The notes under the pieces were generated by a model. It was given only the letters and a program-made list of their open reading frames with translations, searched no databases and had not been told where the DNA came from. Positions 11,128-24,516 of a stretch of DNA of 64,000 bases are shown here, piece by piece (the first letter of the stretch is position 1; each line of letters opens with the position of its first letter). The translations under genes and the position numbers were made by a program. Source of the stretch: Octopus sinensis (taxonomy: Eukaryota); contig NW_021833065.1 in the NCBI RefSeq assembly GCF_006345805.1, positions 186,001 through 250,000 on the forward strand, in the 5' to 3' direction.

Positions 11128-14100
11128 GTAACCTGTTTTTGCATAGATATTTTTATATTTGTGTGAACTCAAAAGGAATGTTATCATAGTCTGAAATATT
11201 TTCCTCTGAGCATCTAACGACACACCCTAGTATTACTTTAAAAAAAAAATGCTTGCTTGTGAGAGATAAAATCTACTGTCTTTCTATTTATTTTTCATGA
11301 CATGTGATAAAAACAAGAAAAACATATGCTTTTTCTGAAGGTTATGGAAGCCACATCTATGTGTGGCCAAAACCATAATACTGACAGGCCAACATTTTTC
11401 TACAGTGATAAAAAATTCCTGTCTTGCGTAGCTGCTTATATCATTTACAACTGAAATACTGTCATAGAGCACATTTCCCATTATCTAGAACAGTGCCAGA
11501 TTTTTCATTCAACCAGAAAAGGCATAGCATACTAGCCACCACCATCCTTTGTTTTTTAGTTCAGCCCATGAAACTACTTTTACTACTATGAAGCATAGTC
11601 TTAGCTGTGATGGCTCATATGAAAGTACTGCAAAGGATGTCAGTCTTTTGAACCTACTAGGTCTATATTTTACTTTAAATTATTTGTTCCATATAGGCAA
11701 CCAAATATTAAACACTAGGCCTTGATTATTGACTAAAGCACTCTTCTGGTTTATGCACTCCTAACAATTTTACAATACCAACATTTTAAATATTAACTCT
11801 GATCAACTATTCTAGAAGAGCTTCAATATATTCCCTCAATCAAAATATATTTTTAAAAATAATTTTACAAAGAAAATTGAAATGGTCTAGAAAAGAATTT
11901 GAACTATGTCAAATTAAAACACATTTATTGCTATGTACTTAACTATTTCAAATATATTTCAGACTGTATAACTTTCATTTGAATTATCTTTATTCAATGT
12001 ATTTGTGAGTTTTCCGTTTGTAAGAAAATTAGTTTGTTCTAAACTAGATTAATACAGCTGAACTGAATGCTGATATTTTTCTTTATTTACTACAAATATA
12101 TGCATGAAAAGAAATTCAAAATGCTAGCTTTGAAAATTTGTTTGCTATTGTGCATTAAGACAAATGTTGTTGTTTTTTGTGTGTGTATGTGTTTTTTGTT
12201 TTGTTTTATTAATATGTTTCTTTTAATTTACTTCTCAAAGAGATCAGATTTTACCTACACTTTTCAAATTTTTCTGTAAAGTATCTTACTAATGGGATCA
12301 GTTATTTATTTGTATTGAGAAAACAATGAAACCAAAACAAAATGCTAAATTCTTTTTGTTAACCAAAAAGAATTGCTTCTGAAATAATTATGTTGAAGTC
12401 TAATATAAAAAGTGGTAATTAAAATTGGTACGGTGGTATATTCTCAGTCTCATAGTTGCTCGGTATGGTTTAGAATTTACAATACACAGGAAAAAAATTT
12501 TTGGAGTGGTTCCTTATTTTAAAGGTTCGTATTTAACAAAGATCCACACCTAGTTGCATGTTCAAATTCTCTGAGAGCAAATTTTGGCTTTTATCCTTCT
12601 TTAGTCTTCACATATACATGTAATATTTGAACATAAATTCAATTGTTCATGTCCCTTAAAAAATAGCTCTTTATATTTCTAGTAAAGAAATTGTTATTAG
12701 GGTATTATTGTTATTTAGATTAACTGCTATTTGCAAAATAGACATCTAGATGATAATTCTAAAAATGCTAAATTATTATTTTTTAGTAAAATGAAAACTG
12801 CTATTGCTCTTATGGTTTATGTAACTTTAGGGTGAGATAGTAACAAAACACTCTTGCTATTGCTGCTTTTTCTTAGAATTTGCCAGCTTTTTTATTATTT
12901 GATTTTTTTTATGTAAAGCAGACCATTTTGCAATGATCTGGTTCTAGGTTTCATCTCATTATGTGGCACCTTAAGCAAGTGTCTTCTTCTATAGCCTTAC
13001 ATTGAACAATCAATTCTTTGGGAGTGAAATCTGTTAAATGAAAATTGTTTAGAAAACTAGCACATGTGCTTGAGAGAGCTGATAAACTAATCAAACAAGA
13101 TTACTAAGTATTTCTTCTACATGTGTTGCTTCAGAAATGCAGTAAGCCATTCATTTTTTTTTTTTGAAACCTTTAACCAATGATACTATTGCTCATAAGA
13201 TTTATGATATTTATATAAAGAAGAAAAGCTAAACTGGACAACCTATTTTGATTATCTGTGAATTGAAGGCATTTCACTTTACTTCCCATTGCTGATAGAA
13301 ACAGCCAAGTATATGTATCATTACTTTTCACTTTTCATTCCCTAAAAATCTGAGGCTTCTGGCCTCTGAAATATATGCACACTTTTATTTAATGGGTTAG
13401 ACACAGATTTGTGTTACATATGCTTTTGCAGAATGCAAAAATAAATTGAAATTTTTGTATGGCTTCAGTGACTGAACAGTAACAAACATTTTCAGAATTG
13501 CATTTCCAAAAGTAGTTGCTTTGGTAAGTGTTTTGACATGTTCAACTCACAAGCACTGCTGCTATTTCCTCTATTGTAATAAATTATTCTCTCAGATGAA
13601 AAATTAAACAAACATGCTCTGGTGTAAAAGCTATTTGGTGAGGGCGGTGGCATTTTTTTTCCTGTTAGATTTAAGTAAAAGCCTATGCTTTGAGTTGTTC
13701 ATTACATTCAAACAGATTTTCCAAATTTGGATATTCAGAACAAATATCTTTTAAAATGGTTTTACTTCTTATAGTTTTTGAGAATCTATTTCTGTTTTAA
13801 TCTGTATGAAATGTTTTATGAGTTACTTCAGTTTTATTGTCTATAAAACTGCTTATTACTTACTGTAAAAAAATAATAAACTGCTATATTTTGCATATAT
13901 TCTGTCTGTACTATAGATGGAATTAAATAATGTAGATTTGTTTACATTCATGTATCAACAGAAGTCATATTTAGATTTTTTTGAAATCTGCCCCAAAATA
14001 TGTTCAATTTATATTTATGAACACTTACTTTTTGAAACCATTCTCTATTTAAATGGAATAAGAAGTATCATTTATTTAAAGGAAAAGAAAAAATCTTAAA

Positions 14101-15914
14101 AATGTAGTTATCTATATCTGTTTAAACATTAAAGAATGTATTAAAAATAAAATAACAGAAATTCAATAGTCCTTATATGGATATACCTGTACATTTAAAT
14201 ATAAAATGGCATGAATAATTCTATATTATCTACATTTTGACAAGCCATGTATATAAGGGGGTTTTGTCTTTTAACACGAAGAGAGAAAAACAGATTAAAT
14301 TCTTTTCTACAAATGGTATTTGTGATGACTGGAATGCCATTAAAATATTTTGATAAACTTATGCTGTCTTTTATAAGTTTGCTATCTTCAGTTTCACGTT
14401 CTAAGAAAATACCAGTATATAACGTTATACGCATTCTTTTTTACTGTAATCATTTTCTTTGTATCATGTTTGATAAACACATAAATATATTCTGCATTAA
14501 TACTTTTACTTTCTCTCTAATCCATCCCTAATAGTCTATTTGATTATATTGACTAACTTAGATCTGGAAATTATTTAAACTGTATTTCAGTTGGACCAAG
14601 GCAAAATAAATAGCTCTATGATTGTTAAATGTCATCACTATAACTTGATATAAATATTTAATTGATGTAAGTCAACTTTAAAATAGTATACGTAAAGAAT
14701 TTAACCTGTATCCATTTATAGTTTGAGGGTTATCTATATTTGCTACTAAACTGGCAATCCAGTTGAGGAACACATTGAAACATTTTCATCTTATCCTTTA
14801 GTAAACTAACTGGCATTTATTAACACTAGTCCTTAATTTTCTCTGACATTAATTCTCAATTTTCAAAATGTCCATGATTTTTATTTTATATCTATTTTCT
14901 TTCTCATAAAGATTTCATTGGAATTTTGTAATTAAGATGCTTTTTTTAAAAAAGCTTTCCATGTTACTTGAGATGAGTTCCTCCTACAAACAGCTTAAAT
15001 TTGATTGTGTGGCAATTGCTACATTGAATTTTACATTAGTTCTCTTACAAATTCTTGACATGAAACTTTCAACTAATCTGCTTGTGTATTGTTGTGTCAT
15101 ACCTTTCTCATCTGAGAAATTGAATGGTGTTTTATTTTTATTTATTAGAATAGTTTAATACCCAGATACTTTTGACCTATATTACATTACTAATTTCATC
15201 ACTACTATTCACTAAGCTAGTTTCAGTTAATTTCATTTTTTTATTTTGAGAACTCCGAGAATTTAAGCTATGCAGCTCTTGTTAATTTGCAATACAACTT
15301 TGTAATGGGAGCAACTCAATCATGGCAAATCTGTTAGAAATTAATTATCCTAAATTTGAATTGTTTATGCTGAAGATCAGTTCTATAAATGTTACTAATT
15401 AACTGAATTCTGCACTTTCATATTATGTATTTTTCATCATACGATTGAAGTTAAAAGAAATAGAGTACAAGTATTGATTTTAACTAAATACAAACTTATT
15501 AGTTTATGTCCATTGTTTTTGTTTATTCATCATATTTCATTTAAATTCTGTAATAGTGTTATGTCTAGTAGTATGTAGATTGGAATATGCATATGCATGA
15601 CTGTTAGTTGTTTGTGTCGTAATATTTCTGTGATTTTCTATTGTGCATGCATAAATTATAACCTTTTTGAGCTTCTTTGCACTCTGTATATGTGATTCAC
15701 ATGATCTTATTTCCTCAAGTAACCGTTGTTTTCTTCAACAATGGTCTAAACAGAAGGACACCAAATGAAGCAGCTTAGTCTTGACATTCAGAAAATATCC
15801 ATATGAAGAAAGTCAGATTAAGAGAAAAAAGAAAAGTTTGTTGTCTAGAATAATAGTTTCTTTCTGTGTAATATTACAACAATGAAACATTCAGAACCAG
15901 CTTTAAAATTAGCT

Positions 15915-16080
15915 GTTATCTAACCCCAGTTGGCCCTGATCAAGCTGACGTATGATAAAAGGTGCTCCAGCTGTGACCATTTTGTTATCCAATTTATCCT
16001 TCCATTTTTTAAACAGGGAATTTGGCTGTTATTTTTAGCAGGATGAGTGACTACATGAAGGCTCCCTTCATTGACTTTAA
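15915..16080. repeat. unclassified dispersed repeat (related copies about 17200-17305, 20640-20832, 25495-25665, 26350-26520)
   Basis: Shared motifs CCTGATCAAGC/GACCTATGATAAAAGG...GACCAT and ATTTGGCTG(C/T)TATTT(C/T)TAGC in both orientations. Confidence 0.55.
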
Positions 16081-16544
16081 AATGTTGGTAGCAGAAATAC
16101 TCATTTATTAGATTCTGTCTAACCAATTATTACATCATACCTAATTAAGAGAGCTCTGTGTTAATCATCTAATAACTTAAAATTAAATATATGATCGATA
16201 AATATTTAAATTTTATTGATGTTGCAATTATGATGTCAATAATTCTGATCCACTGTCTTTATGATGGTGTCTGTATTGACTTGTAATGATCGGATGGTTG
16301 CAGAAATGGCTACTGCTGGTTGGCAATATGAATACCATTTGGTAATTATTACACTTCTACATGTCAGTGCAGACACTAATGCTAACCATTGGATAAGAAT
16401 TATCCACGTAAACACAGTGACCAATAGTTATCAAATTGAAAAGCTGATTAAATGAGAAAACAGCAGGATACACCATTCCTTGTCCTTGAGAAGTTTCAGA
16501 AATTGAATTTTTCAAACTGCACAATAGAGTTTTTAGAGTTTTAA

Positions 16545-16751
16545 CTCTTTAACTGTGAAATTAAATTTCCTGGTTATTCCAGTAATTATGTTAAATATCT
16601 ACCAAAAACTAGAACTGATATTTCCTGCAAGTCACATTGCTTCAAACATGACATTCCTCAACAAAAGATAGATTGTTATATAAAACAGCTTTCTGCAGTT
16701 AAGGGTAATGAAATTTTGAGTGGATATATCTGATTTCTCCAGTAAAAAGGG
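16545..16751. mobile_element. piggyBac-type MITE
   Basis: TTAA|CTCTTTAACTG ... CAGTAAAAAGGG|TTAA termini. Confidence 0.55.
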
Positions 16752-16970
16752 TTAACAACAAAAGCTAATTCTTTTTTTAACTTCACATAGAAAAAAGTCT
16801 ATTCATAGAATCATGTCAAATCAATCAAACTAATTTGGCAAGTCTTAGTTTCATTTAGAATGGCTGTTGCTTATCATAATTACACTACTATTTAATGATT
16901 CTTTTGATTTTTCTCCCATTTGATTGGAACATATATCTATCACAAGCAAATGACAGTCTTACTGTTTTAG

Positions 16971-17181
16971 CCCTTTAGCAGCCATATCTGATCCAAATAG
17001 TCTACCTGTTTTATGTTCAAACTAGCTTTATCTATCATTTAATACCTACCCTGCAATGTCATTCTAAAAATAAAGAATCACATCTTTGAAATCTTGATGC
17101 TATGAGATAATACATGATTAATCTTTAAAAATGTGAATAAATTCAGATTACACTTGACAGAGTAATCTGAGGGCTAATGGG
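16971..17181. mobile_element. piggyBac-type MITE (same family as 34000-34217 and about 57536-57695)
   Basis: TTAG|CCCTTTAGC ... GCTAATGGG|TTAA; internal sequence shared with the other copies. Confidence 0.75.
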
Positions 17182-20100
17182 TTAAAGGATACATTAATAT
17201 AGTCAGGGATGTACTTTACCTGAGAATATAAACAGAATGGTCATTGCTGGAATGTCTTTTATCATAAATCTACTTGGTGAGAGTTGAACCGGGCTAAACA
17301 ACTGGATGAATTTCAAGTAAATTGACTGTTATTCATTGGGGAACAGTTTCCTTTGAATAGAAATATAGAGACATGAGGAAATTAGTGCAGCAGATGGGTT
17401 TTTTTTTTTTCTTAATTTTAATATTTAGCTGTTATAGAGAATATTTGAGCTCCAATATTCTGTAGGTTTTTGAAGAAGGAAGTTCATTGTTAGCAATACT
17501 GAACAGAATGGATCTCATAAGATCTATGGGAAAGAGATTTTTGTTTAATGGTAAATTATCACACCAAGGTTATTATTTTGGTATTTGGGTCATGAAAAAT
17601 TGTAATATTGTTGGTTTTATGAACTATGATTTTATATAGAAGGAAAATGTTTTGTGAGAAACATTTAGTGTACAAAGATGAATGAAACAAAATAGGTTAA
17701 CACATTTCCTTTAGAACTGAAGTACAAACTATAAGATATTTTCCCACGTTTAGGATAGTGTAACTGCAAAACACATGAACATCTTAGATTATCCAAAGAA
17801 AGCTTACTCAACTGTCTGTCACTAGGTCACTCATAAACACATTACAACTTCTCTTTTTGCTGACGTACTGTCTCATCTCTTTCTGTCTTTTCTATTGCTA
17901 TCATATTGGTATCTACACCTTAAAATTGGTTAGTATTGTGCAGCCTCTACTCAAGCACTCTCAGTTCACTTGTCTCCCTTCCTTTCATCACCCATATTCT
18001 GTCTACCCTCCCAAACTCTGTACTAGTCACTATGTATCTGTTAGCCTTCTAGAATTCTTCTTGCCCATGTTTTACCTGTATCTATCAACTTGCAACTCAA
18101 GAGAAGTGTTAACAGCACTATTGTCTCAGAGGACCATGGGTACACCCTTTTTGGAAAACTAAAACAAGAATAATGAAAAAAGCTACTGTAAGAACGTTCT
18201 TATGCTATTTCAGTTATAGAAACAGTTCGATTCCATTGTGTAACTGATACGACATTGTTGCTATGGTCAACACACTTAACCTTCAAAAGTATCAGTCCAC
18301 TGAAAATATATACTCTTTAGTGGGAATACATTAGCATTTTAAGTAGTAGCAGTGCTGTTGGCTTTCTGTATTAAGTTCAACTCTGCTAAGTGTCTAAAGA
18401 AACCACTCTAGTACTCAGTTTCAAACTAGAATTTCCCAATCATTTTGATTTGCTTTTGTCTAAGAATTTGGTCTACATGTTCCAATAGCTTAGCTTGCAT
18501 AAGCAGTCACTGCATTGTGAATATCTCTCTGAGCAATGGAAGATTGCTACTATTTCAATTATTCTTGAATTTACAAAGCATCCAGCATCTTTACATCTCA
18601 CTAGATAAAAAATGCCAGAATCTTAGTAGAAAGAAATATTCTTTTGCATTTAGTAATGGGAAAGATATTGGAGTAAGATGTCAGTTTGTTTTATTGAATG
18701 AAAGTTAATGCTGTTGGGAAGATAATCATATGTACTCAAGTTTATCTTCATTAAGTATTTTCAAGCCATACTGCATAATTTTTTCTTCAAATTTTGTTAT
18801 TAATATGGTAATTATTGATTAGCAGTACAAACAAGATTGCATTTACCATTATTTTAGAACCAAATGATGATAATGAATTGTGACATGCTGACTGACTTGA
18901 ACATATGTTGCAATATCAGTTGTGAACAAATCAAAAATAAGATAATCTTCATCATTTTCTTTTCTCTCTCTCTCTTTTTTTTTTGTTTAACATTTTGCAT
19001 TTTTTATGCTGGTATGAATTAATTAGAAAAAGCTTCTTACGGCAATTTCTACAATCAGATGCCGTTTCTGGTGCCAACCCTTGTTTTTCAAGCAAGTTGC
19101 TTTATTCCACAACTATGCATAACAAACTGCTGTCTCACATTTTGTTTATGAGAAACATAAACACATCACTGCAGTTGGAATGGTATCAGTGTAAAGACAC
19201 GCAGAGATTAGATTCTGAAGCTAGTTAGTTGCAAAACAAACTTCTTAACAATACAGCCATAACATAAATATTAATAATATTTTGTCTTTGGTTAATTTTT
19301 TGTTTAGTCCATTCTTATTTCAAATGTTCTCAGAAGGCTGACAGTCTAAATCAATCTGAGCAGGTCTTGGATCCAGATGTGTTAGCTTCTGAATAACTCC
19401 TACTTATTTAGATCAGAATTCTACCCTAAATCTATTGTTTTATCTTTTAGTACAATGTGTTCATTGTAATCTAACTTGATTCATTTTAACTTCTTACTTG
19501 GTATCATCTTTCAAAATGTCCCAAGTGTGAAAGGAATAGAATTTGAGAAAATTTCACAGATCAATTTTCCAGTTTGAGTGACTTAAAAACATTAATCTTC
19601 GTAAATAAGACAGCAGAGATGACAATCTAAGAGATGTATATTAGTTCAAAATATTCTGTTAGAAAACTGACCTAATTGAAAGTATCAACTATCATATAGA
19701 TATACAATCAACGAACTACACAATTTTTTTTTTATGATGTTTTGTCTTGTAATCCACTGTATTGCTCTTGTCACCAGTATTAAGAAATTTGTTTCATAAG
19801 TCTGATCTCTCTGCTCAGCTCCTTGGGCAAATGTCTTTTACCATAGCCTTGTGAAAGAAATTTGACAAGAGAAAAATAATGAAAACCCACTAAAGCGACC
19901 ATTTCTGTCTTTTTATCTTTTAATCAGGATGGAAGGCAGTGTTCATGATTCTCGTAGACCCTCCAAGGCTAGTGGGAGGGAAGGAAGGTGTCCTCAAACT
20001 AGAGATCTGGCCCAAAATCTTGCAACATGACTTCAGCAGTATTTGAATCCTGAGTGCTAAGCATCAGAACAATTCCTGTGAAGAAGTCTATTCGACACTC

Positions 20101-20830
20101 AAACAACTCTGTCAACTCACTACCCTTGGGTCCCTTACTTAATCTGTTTCCTAGTTTAACACTACTTAGCCTATGAGTGACTTTTGGAGTTCACTCTGTT
20201 GCAATCTCTGGTCTAAGAATTTAAGCTAAGTTGCCAGTCTGAGAATAACTTAATCTCTTCCTCCCACAAACATCAGGGTCCCTTTAAACATGGGCATGGA
20301 CATTACCCTATTCCCTCTGATTAAAGCTTCAAAAAGTTCTTTAAAATGCCATTGATACATAAACTGATACACTAAACCAGTATCCAACTCCTTGTAAAAT
20401 TTAATTTCTCATATTCTTGCTGATTATTAGTAATTAAGTGGAGTAAATTAGTAATAAGTATTTTAAACATATTTTGAGTGATAAGACCTTCTTCCAGATA
20501 AGTCAATGCTCACTCAATTGAACTTGTAGTGTCTCTATATGACTTATGTTTCTCATTAAAATGATGCAGTTTTTGGTATGCAGTGGGTGTTATATAACAT
20601 TAGTCTCCTACCAGTTTTAATAAATTCTTGATAAGCAGGATGACCTACTAGAAATAATAATTAAATTTCCCTCATCACACTTTGCATCCTTAAAAATAAA
20701 TGGGGAACAACCAGAATGAATAGTCCCCAGGTATATTATACCTGAAATAGGATTTAAAAAATGCTGGATGGTCAACACTAGTATACCTTTTATCATAGGT
20801 CTGCTACTTTAAGGCTTGACCTGAGACTAA

Positions 20831-20978
20831 ATCATCATCATCATCATCATCATCGTTTAACGTCTGCTTTCCATGCTAGCATGGGTTGGACGATTTGACT
20901 GAGGACTGGCGAACCAGATGGCTGCACCAGGCTCCAATCTTGATCTGGCAGAGTTTCTACAGCTGGATGCCCTTCCTA
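20831..20978 (-). mobile_element. RTE 3'-end fragment with (GAT)n tail
   Basis: (CAT)n CGTTTAACGTCTGCTTTCCATGCTAGCATGGGTTGGACG...CTGGATGCCCTTCCTA. Confidence 0.9.
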
Positions 20979-22628
20979 TTTTCAGAGAAAATAAACAATA
21001 TGCTACAAACTTAGCTAATGAAATTATGACATGCTTTCCATTTCCACAAGAGAAGCTCATTGAAGTAATTTTGATTCATATGGCATTATATGTTTGTAGA
21101 TTATTTGAAGCTTTCCATGAAGAGTGAAAATGTTTAGGCTAGCAAATGAATTTGGTAATGGTTGTGAGTAGATTCATCTGTAGGAATTGGAATTGTTTGC
21201 CAGATGAGATATGTTGGGTTTAAACATTCTCAAAACATTGACATAATTAAGTAGACAATAGTTTTACGCATTTTATTTTTATGTTTAATTTCATATTTTT
21301 GTTAATAGAATTTGTAAGGCACATAATATTATTTTACAAATGTTATTAATGGTTTTTTCTTTCTTTTTATACTGGTGCTGACTGTCACTACTACTTTTTT
21401 TTTAGCCTTTTCAATTTTTATGCTTAAATCTCATTGTTTTAATTTTTGTATTATGAATTAAACATAATGTAGTTCAGTAAACTGTCTGGGCATATGTATA
21501 ACTCTTAGTATACACTATCATTTTTAGTCTGTCTATGATTTCTACTCAGTTTGGATATTATAAATTGTTTCATTGAATTTCTTTTTCTTCAAATATCTAC
21601 TGCTCTAAAACTTCCTTGATGTTGTCATTATCAGGAACATACAATTATGTAATGTAAGAAGAGTGAAAATGAAATACTAGCAAAATAAGGTCATCTTTGT
21701 GATAGCTATCAGTCAGGAATGAAATGCTCTATTTATTAAAACATGCTCCCTTTCTAAACTTAGCTGTTAATAGTTGCAATTCTTAACATTTTTGCTTACC
21801 AGATCTTAGATTAAATGCCATGTTTAACTAAAGCTCTTTATTTTCAGTCATTTTTATTTCCTATACAGAAGTGAACAAATTTATTTCCTTATTTTGCTTC
21901 CTATTTAAAAATAATTTGTGTTTAAAAAATTCATTAAAAATAATTTAAATATAAGATTGCTTAAAATTGTGTGTTGGGAATCGCCTGTATCATCATTGGT
22001 CAACAGTATTGCAGAGACAGTAACTTAACCACGTCTGCTAGGTTGTTTTCAGAAACAAGTGCCTTACTCTAAGTATACTTACCACCTCTGTCTCCATACA
22101 TGGATATAAGTCAGTATGTTTGTAGCATCCATGGAGCCACGAGGAATGCCAGATATTGGTTAAGTACAGGATCCCTCCCACCAGATTTTCTCTAGACGTT
22201 TTCTCTCTCAGCCTTTTTATATGTTCCACAAATTATCCTCCAAGGCAGCAGAGGTTTGTCATTATAGTAGACATGGCTTATGCAAAGTCAGTCTTGTCCT
22301 TCATACATCAGGTGCAACAAGTGCTCTAAGCACTTATTTTGCTCTGGATGCAATATTTGCTGGAAGTTACTTTCTCTTAGATGAGCAACTAAAGAGTTGA
22401 AGAGCCTCTTCTACCCTGGATCCATTGGAGGTTTCTGTGAGTGATTTTTCAAAGGCAATTCCATGACAAGTTGATTTAACCCATAGCTTGGGCCCTGACA
22501 GCTGTTACTACTCCAATTCAGAAAAGACCTGGAGACAATAGTAATTAAGTGGTGGTTACACACTCCTAAAAAGCCTAGAATTCCTGAAGCCGGGTCCCAC
22601 TACCAGATAGTTTAAAGTCATGTACAGG

Positions 22629-22633
<5 letters not shown>

Positions 22634-22677
<44 letters not shown>
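22634..22677. repeat. (TA)n microsatellite
   Basis: Directly visible. Confidence 0.95.
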
Positions 22678-22680
<3 letters not shown>

Positions 22681-22739
22681 CTATACTTGCATAGATTAGA
22701 TATGTCTTCTCTAGCATAATCTTGCTATTTGTTGCAATT

Positions 22740-23447
22740 TTGTCATCTTTGGTGTAAGGTTTAGCCTCTTAACATCAGACTTCCACATTTTCCCCATGTC
22801 TTGTCCTTCTCTTCCAAAAGTTCCTTTTACTTGGATCACTTTGCACTGCTTTACCTAAGTGTTCTCCTTCATACATGTCACATATCCATACCAGCTCAGT
22901 CTTCTTTCTAGCATAGTATTTCTAAGTTTTTTTCTAAGCTCATTTGTAGCCTATCACTCATACACACACTAGTATTATACACCCAGCTAAGTATGCTTGT
23001 CTCATTTCTTTCCAGCCTTTCCTATGCATTCAACGTTTATGTTTTGCTTTGATGAAACATCACACTTTGTACACAAGCATCATACAGTCTGCTTTTTTCT
23101 CAGAATTTCTTGTTGCCATCTGAGGAAGTAGCTCCCTGAATTTTTTTCACTGCATTCTTAACCTGACTAATATGGTTTTCAAACACATGTCTCCACTCGC
23201 AAATGAAAGCTATCAACTAATTCTAGAGAGCCCACCAAGCATTTTTGTTTTGCTAATGGCCATAAAACTATAGAGCTGGATACCTTGTCAAAGGCCTTCT
23301 CCATACCAACAATTACTAGGTTTTAGTTGCTAAGAATTTCCATCTATTTCACTAAAAAGAAGGCATCAGTGGTACCCTATCCTGGCAGAAACTCGAACTG
23401 CATCTCATCTAAGCAAAATTTCTTCCTAATTAATTGTGCTCTAACTT
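22740..23447 (-). mobile_element. old, internally deleted RTE LINE fragment
   Basis: Similar to 3950-4460 and 5050-5230; minus strand gives AQLIRKKFCLDEMQFEFLPG and EKAFDKV. Confidence 0.75.
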
Positions 23448-23493
23448 AAGTCGATCAATGGCTTGTCACTAATATTCAGACACTTATCATGTA

Positions 23494-24003
23494 CTAGCAG
23501 TATCGCCCGGCGTTGCTCGGGTTTGTAAGGGAAATAACTATATAAGCATTTTTAGAGAGTTACTTCCCTTATAGATGCCAATTCGGGCTTTCTTAGCCAT
23601 TTCTGTTTGGTGTCTTCAAGCCATGAAGTCGTTGTTCTAAAAGAACACTGGTCTCCTTGACAACGCTTTACGACGTTGATTTCCTTACACTCCCTTCCCC
23701 ACAGCTTAACAAGGGAGGGAAGAAGGGGGAAAAGCAACACAGGTGCAGGTGTGACTATGGACGCCAACTCCACCGCCATTGACACACGAAAAATTATGCA
23801 TTAAAATGGAATAAAAAAATGATGTTAAATTATTTTTAAAATCGTAGACTCATCATAGACGCGCGCTAATACTCAGACGGGCTCGATATGAATCACGACT
23901 ATAAGATACCTGGTTTTGGTTAAACTGCACCGCAAAATGTGGGAGTAGTTAGGAATTTAAATCGTAGGAGACAGACACACAACTTGACTTTTATATATAA
24001 AGA
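23494..24003 (-). mobile_element. non-autonomous Helitron, copy 1 (510 bp)
   Basis: Minus strand 5' TCTTTATATATAAAAG ... CCCGAGCAACGCCGGG hairpin ... CTAG 3', followed by T. Confidence 0.9.
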
Positions 24004-24516
24004 CTAGCAGTATCGCCCGGCGTTGCTCGGGTTTGTAAGGGAAATAACTATATAAGCATTTTTAGAGAGTTACTTCCCTTATAGATGCCAATTCGGGCTT
24101 TCTTAGCCATTTCTGTTTTGGTGTCTTCAAGCCATGAAGTCGTTGTTCTAAAAGAACACTGGTCTCCTTGACAATGCTTTACGACGTTGATTTCCTTACA
24201 CTCCCTTCCCCACAGCTTAACGAGGGAGGGAAGAAGGGGGAAAAGCAACACAGGTGCAGGTGTGACCATGGACGTCAACTCCACCGCCATCGACACACGA
24301 AAAATTATGCATTAAAATGGAATAAAAAATGATGTTAAATTATTTTAAAAATCGTAGACTCATCGTAGACGCGCGCTAATACTCAGACGGGCTCGATATG
24401 AATCACGACTATAAGATACCCGAATTTGGTTAAACTGCACCGCAAAATGTGGGAGTAGTTAGGAATCTAAATCGAAGGGGACAGACACTCACACAACTAC
24501 AGTTTTATATATTAGA
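24004..24516 (-). mobile_element. non-autonomous Helitron, copy 2 (513 bp), head-to-tail with copy 1
   Basis: Preceded by A; 5' TCTAATATATAAAAC ... same hairpin ... CTAG abutting the TC of copy 1. Confidence 0.9.

Noticed and set aside
21280-21320. 5-nt exon AATTT between TAG and GTAAGG
   Set aside because: No clear branch or UGC signal in extremely AT-rich context.
23552-24296. Duplicated 77-aa and 82-aa ORFs
   Set aside because: Internal to non-autonomous Helitrons; a 1-bp indel between copies changes the C-terminus; no domain.
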